Shown: positions 1 to 7,644 of the stretch, piece by piece
How the letters are laid out: every line of letters starts with the position of its first letter
How positions within the stretch are numbered: position 1 is the stretch's first letter
Assembly: GCA_044345405.1 (NCBI GenBank)
Contig: JBIJBE010000056.1
Location: forward strand, 1 to 18,919
DNA from: Bdellovibrionota bacterium
GTDB lineage: Bacteria; Bdellovibrionota_C; UBA2361; OMII01
Length of the DNA: 18,919 bases
Reading direction: 5' to 3'
Position numbers and translations under genes: made by a program
The notes under the pieces: generated by a model
Told to the model about the DNA's origin: nothing
The model's input: only the letters and a program-made list of their open reading frames with translations
Databases searched by the model: none

Positions 1-189
1 CCTACAGGAATACCGTCCGTAATATCTGGTTATGGATTCGTAGGTCTTCGGTACATGACATGAAAGGGCTGCCAAAAACTCGAGAGCCTCAAACTCATGA
101 GCAGCTCCGTCGTTAGTGGTGTAGGTGACGATGTCGTCTTGTATTGAGAGTTTCTCTAAGGATAGAGGAGAGCGTTCGATGTAGCGCGC
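1..189 (-). pseudogene. IS91-family (Y2 HUH) transposase fragment, 5'-truncated, running off the left edge
   Basis: Manual minus-strand translation gives ARYIERSPLSLEKLSIQDDIVTYTTNDGAAHEFEALEFLAALSCHVPKTYESITRYYGRYSCR. This matches the IS91/ISCR C-terminal pattern (YxxR-PLSLE-L...LEFLA-L--HVP...RYYG-YS). Similarity stops at ~189, where palindrome A begins. Not in the ORF track. Confidence 0.85.
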
Positions 190-300
190 CTCTCTCCTGG
201 TACCCTGTACCTTTTCAGTGCTAGCTAACTATTCGATTTGTGCTCCGAATTCCGCATGGTTTAACGGCTTGTGAAGGTACAGGGTACTAGCCGAGAGGAA
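186..300. repeat. Palindromic MITE/REPIN-like element A
   Basis: Arms 189-213 and 274-298 are inverted repeats (22/25), with a perfect 14-bp core GTACCCTGTACCTT/AAGGTACAGGGTAC. 189-297 matches 3871-3979 at 107/109. Confidence 0.9.
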
Positions 301-367
301 GTTGTTGATATCGCAGGGTAGCTGAAACTATTTACGATATTCGCTGCGGCGCCCGAGCGGGCTCGAT

Positions 368-417
368 AAAGTAGGGTGTACCAGAGGATGGGGTACCAGA
401 GGATGTTCCAGAGGATG
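368..417. repeat. Lone arm (C) of the element-E palindrome type plus tandem CCAGAGGATG x3
   Basis: AAAGTAGGGTGTACCA at 368-383 is identical to 5235-5250. CCAGAGGATG occurs at 381, 396 and 408. No partner arm is visible; element A sits where it would be expected. Confidence 0.8.
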
Positions 418-430
418 GAGCCGCACTTTC

Positions 431-458
431 TCAAGCATCTGAAGAAACCTGTCGAAGC
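431..458 (+). promoter_or_regulatory. Possible sigma28-like promoter for the subtilase
   Basis: TCAAG-N15-GTCGAAGC loosely resembles TAAA-N15-GCCGATAA and lies ~50 bp upstream of ATG 508. Weak match. Confidence 0.25.
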
Positions 459-507
459 AGAGTTCTAGGGGTTTTGAGGTCCTTAAGGGTCTTGATGGGG
501 AGCAGCT

Positions 508-3500
508 ATGCGCACGGTTACCTATAGGGTATCCATCATACTTTTGGTCGTGCTGACCGCGGCCTTAGTGCCTGTCTCGGCTGGTCTGGCGGCGCCGATA
601 GCAACCCCCACTCCAAGCCAAGTCCAAAAACCTTTTGAAACACATCCTCAGCGGAATCCGCGCCGGGTTCTCGATAATCAACGTCACTTCACCTTCGCTT
701 CGGGAGCCTCCATGGCTCGGGTCTCGTCGATCCTTTCTTCATGCAGAGTCAGCTCGATAAAACACCTGTACTCTCAGAAGGAGGTCACGGTCGACGGCAT
801 CGCCGGGGCTATTCAAGAAGCGCCGGTCTCCAAGGGCGAGGCCCGCAGTCGGGCGGACTTTCCCGAACGGGCGGCTCGAGGAGTCGGGGTGTCTCCGGCA
901 AAGGAGATGGACGCAACCTTTCTCGCCTTCTTTTCCAGCCCTGATGCCGCAAGGTGCGCCGAGGAGACTCTGCGAAAGGAGGGTCTCATCACCAAGTCCG
1001 GAAAGCCGAGCGCTGGGTTTCTCAACCAGAATATCCCACCTCAATCTTTTCAATCGAAGATCTCCGAGACTCCAATACCAAGCTCACTTACCCTCGACCG
1101 CTCCTACATGCGAGCCCTTGAATCATTCATTCCCCCAGGAGTGCGGCTAAGAACGACTCCGATCGTGGCGATTATCGATTCGGGCGTAGCTATCGACCAC
1201 CCCGACCTCCGAGGCTCGGTTTTTATTAATAAGCGGGAGATCCCTCGTAACGGAAAAGATGACGATTTAAACGGTCTTGTGGATGATGTGTATGGCGGAA
1301 ACTTTGCCTGTCAGGAGGCGACTAGTGAGTACCGTTGTATCAAGCCTCCAGTTGATGGCGATGTACGGGACTACACAGGGCACGGTACACATGTTGCCGG
1401 AATTGCCGCGGGGCGGGGTGCGGTGCCTGGTGGAGTTAGAGGTGTTGCTCCTTCAGCCATGATCATCCCAGTGCGTGTTTTTGGGGAAGAGTCAGGCCCC
1501 ACATCAAGTTCGATAGCTTCCGCGATTCGATACGCTACTGATCGGGGCGCTCACGCCATGAACCTATCTCTCCAATGGGGGTATCCACCAACTGAAACGG
1601 ATCCGACGGATCCAATTGTGCACGATGCGATTAGGTACGCTCGAGCGAATGGGTCGGTCGTTGTGTTCTCTGCTGGGAACGACGAAGAAAACGCGTCAGC
1701 CCATCCAGGATGTTCCATCCCGGAGTCCGTGTGCGTCTCAGCGTCACTCGTCTCAAAGGATTCCCTGATTGAAGGACCCAAAAAGCGGGCAAATATCAAG
1801 ATAGCGGATTTCTCGAATTTCGGCGTCCAGGTTGATATCACAGCTCCCGGTGAGGCGGTGTGGTCTACAACTCCCTGCCTTGCGACCGATGAGAACGGCA
1901 ATCTGGCACCAGCCAAATGCTCATTTCCCCAGGACTACTATGCGAAATGGGATGGCACATCGATGGCGGCGCCGCATGTCGCCGCGCTCGCGGCTCTTGT
2001 CGCTGCGGTTAATCCCCGCCTCACTCCGGATCAGATCAAGAGTGTCATTCAGATCACGGCGAGCGACGCGTTTGAGCCAGGCTATGATGCTCTCGGCGGC
2101 GCGGGGCTGATCAACGTGCGCGATGCCCTAAACTACGCCAACGATATTTATCTGGGGCAACGTCCGTTGCCGCCGACAATCAGGGTCCTTGAGCCAATCG
2201 CGGCATCGCAAGCAAGAGAGGAGCAGGTCGTACCCCTTGGATTCGAGGCCTCCTCTAACGGTGAACACACCTACTCGGTAAACGTTCATGACGCGATCTC
2301 CGGAAAAATAAGGAGCTCCGTGACGGGCGGTGCATCTCCCTCACGGCTGTACAGTGTTCCTATAGATACGGCAAAGGTGGGTGGCGGCCTATTCGTGGTT
2401 GAGGTCTCACTATCTGACTCTCGGGGGAACTCAGTCAGCGAGTGGCGAGACCTTGAAATCTCTCCACAGAATCAGTCTGTCGAGATAGAATCCATGGACA
2501 TAGGCTTTAAACCAGATGCTTATACAAGCGTAGCTGTGCCCCTCCACGTTGAAGAATTTGCGGGGCGGCTTTGGGTTCTTGAGGAGGTGGCTGAGGACGC
2601 GGCAGGAGATGAAAAGTGGTATCGGTATCTCCGTGAGCGATTCTTGACTTTTTCCCCAAAAGGCATGCAGAGCACCCCCGCAGCGTTCCTGATTGAGACT
2701 GTAGATTGGAAAATTGACGAGACGTATACACATCGGCTCGCGTACTCAAGGTATCCTGAGCATGTGGGGTTATGGAGCGACCCCAGCCACGGGGCAAAGA
2801 TATCTGGGTTCGCGACCCTAGATACTGTTAATCATCAGATTGCGGAGGATCCGGAAGGGACTGCAAGCCTTGGAGACGGGGACATCAGGGAAATTGCGCA
2901 CAATGCAGATTATTCAGTGGCCATGAAGCATTCAGTCGACCAAAGGGGCGCTTCGCTTTTTATCCGTAATGGAGCCACCGGCCGATTTACCGAGATTAAG
3001 GGAGTATCAGCCAAGGAGTTCCTTCTCGATAGCAAAAAGAAGAGGATAGTGGCCCATTCATCTTTGACGGGAGAGATACTTCTCATCCCTCTCAATACGC
3101 CACGAGTGGCTGAACACCTTTCTAGGGGGGAGTATCCTGTAGAGGAGATCGTTCGCACTCGACTACGGCTTCCTCCGTTCGCCTATCCTGAGCTAGTTGA
3201 TATCGATGGCGCTAACCTTCTTATGACAGGGAATTTGGGCGATCTCACGCAAAATAGACCCCGTGAGCTATTCATTCTCAACCTGGAGACCTCTGCCTCG
3301 CTCCCGATAACCGCTAAGCCCGAGGAATATTTCACAGCGGCTATCCACGGAGAGGACGTGTACTATACGAAGGGGACCAGATTAAGCCCCTTCTTCGGGC
3401 GAAAGCCCGCCTTCATAGCTAGGATGTACTCGTTCAAAAGCGGCGAGGACAAAGCAATTTTGACCAGCTTTTTGCCATACCATCACCGAGGGCAGATGTG

Positions 3501-3639
3501 GATAAAACTTTCCAATGGTATCGTGCTTTACAGGAACAAGAACATTCCAACTTTCACGTTTCAACAGTACCGCCAGAGGGAATCGCAACCTGCACGCCTC
3601 AAAAGTACAGTCAAAGGGAAGACAGATATGCTTGATTGA
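508..3639 (+). CDS. Secreted S8 subtilisin-family serine protease with long C-terminal extension
   Basis: Signal peptide followed by ATPTPS. Catalytic motifs: IIDSG (Asp), HGTHVAG (His), AGN (oxyanion Asn), GTSMAAPHV (Ser). Has the NGKDDDLNGLVDD insert typical of S8A. The C-terminal ~490 aa look beta-rich (Ig-like/propeller, inferred). GGGGAG RBS upstream. Confidence 0.95.
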   Translation: MRTVTYRVSIILLVVLTAALVPVSAGLAAPIATPTPSQVQKPFETHPQRNPRRVLDNQRHFTFASGASMARVSSILSSCRVSSIKHLYSQKEVTVDGIAGAIQEAPVSKGEARSRADFPERAARGVGVSPAKEMDATFLAFFSSPDAARCAEETLRKEGLITKSGKPSAGFLNQNIPPQSFQSKISETPIPSSLTLDRSYMRALESFIPPGVRLRTTPIVAIIDSGVAIDHPDLRGSVFINKREIPRNGKDDDLNGLVDDVYGGNFACQEATSEYRCIKPPVDGDVRDYTGHGTHVAGIAAGRGAVPGGVRGVAPSAMIIPVRVFGEESGPTSSSIASAIRYATDRGAHAMNLSLQWGYPPTETDPTDPIVHDAIRYARANGSVVVFSAGNDEENASAHPGCSIPESVCVSASLVSKDSLIEGPKKRANIKIADFSNFGVQVDITAPGEAVWSTTPCLATDENGNLAPAKCSFPQDYYAKWDGTSMAAPHVAALAALVAAVNPRLTPDQIKSVIQITASDAFEPGYDALGGAGLINVRDALNYANDIYLGQRPLPPTIRVLEPIAASQAREEQVVPLGFEASSNGEHTYSVNVHDAISGKIRSSVTGGASPSRLYSVPIDTAKVGGGLFVVEVSLSDSRGNSVSEWRDLEISPQNQSVEIESMDIGFKPDAYTSVAVPLHVEEFAGRLWVLEEVAEDAAGDEKWYRYLRERFLTFSPKGMQSTPAAFLIETVDWKIDETYTHRLAYSRYPEHVGLWSDPSHGAKISGFATLDTVNHQIAEDPEGTASLGDGDIREIAHNADYSVAMKHSVDQRGASLFIRNGATGRFTEIKGVSAKEFLLDSKKKRIVAHSSLTGEILLIPLNTPRVAEHLSRGEYPVEEIVRTRLRLPPFAYPELVDIDGANLLMTGNLGDLTQNRPRELFILNLETSASLPITAKPEEYFTAAIHGEDVYYTKGTRLSPFFGRKPAFIARMYSFKSGEDKAILTSFLPYHHRGQMWIKLSNGIVLYRNKNIPTFTFQQYRQRESQPARLKSTVKGKTDMLD

Positions 3640-3657
3640 ATCGGAAGAAATCAGTTC

Positions 3658-3690
3658 CCTCCCAACTATTTCTCTCAGAGACCGCGCAGT
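3658..3690 (+). repeat. 33-bp dispersed direct repeat, copy 1
   Basis: 31/33 identical to 6908-6940; ACTATTTCTCTCAGAGACCGCGC (23 bp) is exact. Confidence 0.85.
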
Positions 3691-3699
3691 CTCGCTCCA

Positions 3700-3794
3700 C
3701 TGGTACAGGGCAACTCTGGACCGGCTCATTTTTCTGTGTGGTTTTCCCTTGTTGTGCGGTTGAGTCAGTGAGATCGAGAGTTGCCTTGTACCAG
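3700..3794. repeat. Palindromic element D
   Basis: CTGGTACAGGGCAACTCT (3700-3717) and AGAGTTGCCTTGTACCAG (3777-3794) are inverted, 17/18. Confidence 0.85.
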
Positions 3795-3851
3795 AGAAGG
3801 GGAGCCTTTGCAGGTTCCTTAATTGTATCGGCCTGTTAGGCAGGTTTAGGT

Positions 3852-4005
3852 GCGCCTCTCTCCTGGTACCCCTCTCTCCTGGTACCCTGTACCTTTTCAG
3901 TGCTAGCTAACTATTCGATTTGTGCGCCGAATTCCGCATGGTTTTACGGCTTGTGAAGGTACAGGGTACTAGCCGAGAGACTAGCCGAGAGGAACTAGCC
4001 GAGAG
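3852..4005. repeat. Palindromic element B (second copy of A) with terminal tandem duplications
   Basis: Core 3871-3979 equals element A with 2 substitutions. CCTCTCTCCTGGTACC x2 (3855, 3871) on the left; ACTAGCCGAGAG x3 (3968, 3980, 3994) on the right. Confidence 0.9.
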
Positions 4006-4126
4006 ACGGGTGTCCCTGTTCCACCTTTTTCGAGGGGGCAAGGTTTTAACCCCCTTTCCTTAAGACGAATACAGGAAGTGCCGTTAGTCCGACAGTAGAG
4101 CAATAGAGTTGTGCCGGGATTGCGAT

Positions 4127-4985
4127 ATGCAAATCACTACGTCGTGCGGGATCGTAGCCAAATTGCGCTCTCTTACCCTCTCTCTTTCTTTAATACTTTT
4201 AAACGCACAGCCTGCTCATGCACAGCCTGCCCGCAATTCGGCAAACAATAGCGTCACCAGTAGAGCTACTCCTACACCTGTGCCTACAGCTGGGTTTTCT
4301 CTCTCGTACAACAGTTGTCTAGCTCCAATGTACGAATCAATCAGTGGAGGCGTGCCTTATACGGGAGTGTGCGAAAGGGAGTGGGTTAGTGGGCAATATG
4401 TGTGCCGACATTTTGCGCGCGATCTGCGCGGCAATTCTTAGTAATAGCAGTAATCAGGAAATGGGGTCTGGTTGTTGGATCCTGACGCTCAGTCCGGACT
4501 ATTCAAGTGTCAAGAAGGTTATAAAAATTGCCGGCTGCGTCGCTAGCGAGTGTGGCATTAGTTGGTTAAGCGCAAGAACGGCGGACCTAGCGACGGGCGG
4601 AGACAAAGTCGCTGACTTCGTAAGTAGGGCAACGTGTTCTGAGAAGGAGCGTAAATGTGTGCACGATTTCGTTGGCACTGGGCATGCCATAAATATTTTC
4701 CGGTCGGGAGGTAAGGGATTCCTAGATAGATCCGGGGAGGTAACCTTTATGGCAGTTGAACCGCAGTATCAGGATGGTGGTAGTGCTGTTCTGTGTACTT
4801 GGACACAGAAAACGCTTGAACCGGTTCTTCCTGATTGGTGTAAAGAACATATTGCTAAGGATACCTATCCAGGGCAGGTCGCATGCGGTATCCCGTATCA
4901 ATTTACAGTGTCGGACCTAGATACATATGTGGCTCACGTAACTAGGCAAGATAAAGTGTATGGGTCCGAAACTTCCAAGCCCTAG
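4127..4985 (+). pseudogene. Frameshifted secreted Cys-protease-like protein (papain/transglutaminase-like fold, similar to MOA Agglutinin_C-type)
   Basis: ORF 4109-4441 gives the signal peptide, ATPTPVPT and YVCRHFARD. ORF 4344-4985 continues with CAAILS...GHAINIF...AVEPQ. The Cys..FA / GHA.N / EPQ motifs are joined by a frame change at ~4421-4427. ATG 4127 is the likely start. Confidence 0.65.
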
Positions 4986-5101
4986 GGATAAAGGGGACGC
5001 TACTGCTCTGTAGAAAAGCCCTGAATCAAGCATTAATTGCCACGTTATGACAAAGCGATCGGAGGAGCAGCTCTCGATAACGACCATGAGTAGATCGTGC
5101 C

Positions 5102-5278
5102 CCCTGGGCTCTTGGTCCCTGGGCTCTTGGTACACCCTACTTTGCCAGGGTCGGCCGAGCTCTTCAGAGCCGCAACGCAAACTGGAAATGGCTTCAGCCA
5201 TCCTGCTATATCAAACTACTTTAGCTACTTTTGAAAAGTAGGGTGTACCAGACGGATAGGGGACCAGACGGATAGGGG
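5102..5278. repeat. Palindromic element E with tandem duplications on both sides
   Basis: Perfect 16-bp inverted repeat TGGTACACCCTACTTT (5128-5143) / AAAGTAGGGTGTACCA (5235-5250). CCCTGGGCTCTTGGT x2 (5102, 5117) and ACCAGACGGATAGGGG x2 (5247, 5263). Confidence 0.9.
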
Positions 5279-5308
5279 AGTTGTGAAATAGGAGGGGGAT
5301 CATATGAA

Positions 5309-5714
5309 GGATAGGATGATCGATCGCTTTTTTGTAAGTAGCTGAACTGTAGTAGGCAGCCGCTACTTGTACCGCCGAGATGGGTCAAGCGAGGGTCGAA
5401 ATCAGTTGTCTGTGGCTCCACGCTATGGTTTCAATCCTCCAAAGAGAGCGTGGAAGGGCGAGCTAAGTCGCCAAAAATGGCGTGAGACACGCACTCCTGC
5501 CTTTCCGTGACAGAGGAAGCGGGTTTTAGAAGTCATCAGGAGCCGGCTCAAACGAGTCGTGCGAGGGAATTTCATCGATAGCCTCCACGGCATCGATGAA
5601 TTTGGGGATTTGAGGAGGTGCTTGGAAGTCAGGGATTCCTTGAGCCTTCATGATGTCCTTGATTGAGTGCTGGTCTTGGATGAAGGAGATAATGCGCATC
5701 TGTGCTTTACATTT
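5309..5714 (-). mobile_element. IS91-family remnant: transposase 3' end, downstream non-coding region and oriIS-like end
   Basis: The minus strand ends ...AAAAAAGCGATCGATCATCCTATCC (5333-5309), ~200 bp past the transposase stop. This resembles IS91/ISCR oriIS termini (GCG..GA...TCCTAT), compared from memory. Confidence 0.7.
5526..5714 (-). pseudogene. IS91-family transposase extreme C-terminal fragment
   Basis: Manual translation: KCKAQMRIISFIQDQHSIKDIMKAQGIPDFQAPPQIPKFIDAVEAIDEIPSHDSFEPAPDDF*. This fits the (CP)KC---MRIISFI-D---I--I...PP tail of IS91/ISCR transposases. An in-frame TGA lies immediately upstream at the junction. Confidence 0.8.
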
Positions 5715-5715
5715 T

Positions 5716-6294
5716 CAGGTTGTTAATCCAACAGCTACCCCGACTAACACGCCGACTGCTTTGCCAACACGCACGCCGACAACTACCCCAACTCCGATGC
5801 CAACGCATACCCCTACGCCCACAGCAACGCCGACCCCCGAACCTTTTTGCCAGTACAGTGAGTGGAGCGCTTGGAGTGGTTGTTCCAACCAGTGCGGTTC
5901 TGGTACCAAGCGGCGCCGGCGTTCAGTGATATCATCATCAGGCACCATCGCGGGTGGGTGCACACAAACCGAAGAGGTTTCGGCTTGCCGAAGCACTACG
6001 GAGTGTTATGTAGAGGCGACGATCAAATTCACTTGGCAAGGAGCCACGATGGACCTCCAATGTCCGAACGGCGGAAGTGAGGTCCAGCGGTCTGGATTCA
6101 GCGGCACCCAGGAGTCGTGTAGGTTTGACAAATTCCCGAGCAAGAGAGGAGGTCGATGGACCTGCGTGGCTGGTAACGGCACCTGCTTAAATCAGTCTCC
6201 GATTGTGAGCAGTCCAAAAGGCCGTTCGGGGACATCTTACCGACGTTCCGGTACCTGTGACGCAACGATCTGGATACGATGCGAAGAGGATTAA
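5716..6294 (+). pseudogene. 5'-truncated gene: Pro/Thr linker + thrombospondin type-1 repeat + Cys-rich C-terminal domain
   Basis: PT repeats at ~5728-5841. TSP1 motif CQYSEWSAWSGCSNQCGSGTKRRRR...C...C...C at 5848-6006. The first 22 codons of ORF 5650 are antisense IS91 sequence, so no native start or signal peptide is present. Confidence 0.75.
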
Positions 6295-6399
6295 TGCCCT
6301 AAATCGGCCCGAAGCCTTACCGTCTTTCTCGGGAAGGCATGAGCTTCTCGGGTGGGGCTCTCTGAAATCCAGAGAGCTCTACCTCATCCTTGCCGGTCA

Positions 6400-6492
6400 C
6401 TGGTGCAGGGCAGCTATTTCGCGTTCGTCTTTGGGATTCATATCAATTCATTGGCTCGCTGTTTGGCTCTCTGGAGAGTTGGCCTGTACCAG
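6400..6492. repeat. Palindromic element F (degenerate, same type as D)
   Basis: CTGGTGCAGGGCAGCTAT (6400-6417) and AGAGTTGGCCTGTACCAG (6475-6492) are inverted, 14/18. Arms resemble D; length 93 vs 95 bp; interior unrelated by eye. Confidence 0.7.
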
Positions 6493-6501
6493 AGCATGTG
6501 A

Positions 6502-6871
6502 GCCACTGAGCGTGTCGCGCAAAAGCTTACCAAGAATATGCCGCCTCTACTCGGCTCACCAAGCTCATTGATCTTTGTGCTGCGCTCGCAGCGTGCCTTG
6601 CTCGCGTGTGTTGAGTTTGCGCGAATAGATGGTGAGTGGCAGGTACTCCATCTGCTATGTGTCGACGCAGAGCAGCGATACGACAACTTTATCGCGTATG
6701 CTATGGAACAGTTTTTTGATGTTTCAGGGGCTAAGCGGGTGGTGGTACCAGAAAGTAACCTCTCTCGCGCGCTTGTCCCTGCTCTTGAGCATTGGCGAGC
6801 TGGCTTACACGCTAACGCAGGACGTCGTTGTGGGGGCGTGCTTTCCCGTGGTGTGGCCTATTGATGGGTAA
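6502..6871 (+). pseudogene. Gene fragment, possibly GNAT-like fold, probably 5'-truncated and perhaps frameshifted near 6790
   Basis: The frame opens just after element F (ATERVAQKLTKNMPPLL...). IFVLRSQRALLACVEF...WQVLHLLCVD has a GNAT-like strand pattern. An alternative C-terminus IGELAYTLTQDVVVGACFPVVWPIDG lies in another frame. Confidence 0.35.
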
Positions 6872-6889
6872 TACCGTTGGTTAGCGATA

Positions 6890-6959
6890 GGCTAGCAACC
6901 CCTACGTCCTCCCCACTATTTCTCTCAGAGACCGCGCGGTAGAGTAGGGAAAGGTAGCC
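6890..6959. repeat. Imperfect hairpin between convergent genes enclosing copy 2 of the 33-bp repeat (6908-6940)
   Basis: GGCTAGCAACCCCTAC...GTAGGGAAAGGTAGCC arms; the interior matches 3658-3690. Confidence 0.6.
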
Positions 6960-6984
6960 GCAGTTCAGAGAACCGAGAGATTCT

Positions 6985-7446
6985 CTATTCCCCCGCACAC
7001 ACGGTGTTGTACATGACCATGCATGAATTTTTCTGCCAAGGCGCTGGCAACTGGATGCAGGTCCTCCATAGTCCGGCGCATCCCGCTTTTCCGAAGGTTG
7101 TGCAAAGAAGACCACAGGCGGAGAAAGCTTTCGAGTAATCAACTCCTTTGGCATTGTCGATGCATTTGTGTACACATTGTAGGCACGTGCCTCCGCCAGG
7201 AAATGCTACCGTTTTAGCTTTAGCACAGGCGTCACACATCGCGAGCGAGGGTGATCCTTCGACAGGTACGCACTCGGTGAATGAATCTTGGTCTGCTGTT
7301 GGAGATGGTGTTGCTGTCGCTCGTGCCGTTGGATACACAGGTGGTAACGCATCGGCTGAATTGAAGACTAGGCATGAAAGAATAATGACCAGGAGTATTC
7401 CTCTCTTGGGGCGGATGTAGCGATTTGCTGTTGCTCGTGTTTGCAT
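6985..7446 (-). CDS. Small secreted Cys-rich hypothetical protein
   Basis: Likely start MQTRAT (ATG 7446). Basic-hydrophobic signal peptide ending ADA, then an ATATPSPT linker and repeated CxxC/CxxxC spacing in a ~95-aa domain. Confidence 0.75.
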   Translation of the reverse strand: MQTRATANRYIRPKRGILLVIILSCLVFNSADALPPVYPTARATATPSPTADQDSFTECVPVEGSPSLAMCDACAKAKTVAFPGGGTCLQCVHKCIDNAKGVDYSKAFSACGLLCTTFGKAGCAGLWRTCIQLPAPWQKNSCMVMYNTVCAGE

Positions 7447-7644
7447 CTCAGTCTCGTCTAAGCTGTTACTATCCCTCGGTGATTCGGACCCACCGTCCAA
7501 CGAACCTGTTACAGGAGTCGTACGGATAGTTCAAAAACTTTAGCGCAAATGAGTAGTTGCTATGTAGACCCCTAAAAGAATCCCTCTCCGCCCGTAAGTA
7601 ATCGAAGTGATTGCAATGAGTAATTACTTTGAGAGGAGAGGGAT

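Noticed and set aside
3-116. Plus-strand open frame YRNTVRNIWLW...
   Set aside because: It is the shadow of the IS91 fragment, which has recognisable motifs on the minus strand.
368-5278. Short repeats as a CRISPR array
   Set aside because: Units are 10-16 bp, essentially adjacent with no unique spacers, and there are no cas genes.
4917-5421. Short ORFs 4917-5201, 5047-5241 and 5221-5421
   Set aside because: They run through palindrome E, its duplications and the oriIS region, with no protein-like features.
5650-5715. N-terminus of ORF 5650 as a native start
   Set aside because: It is the antisense of the IS91 transposase tail and has no signal peptide.
186-6492. Palindromes as integron attC sites
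   Set aside because: No paired RYYYAAC...GTTRRRY cores bound the hairpins. The lone GTTAGGC at 3835 has no complementary GCCTAAC, and there is no intI in the window.
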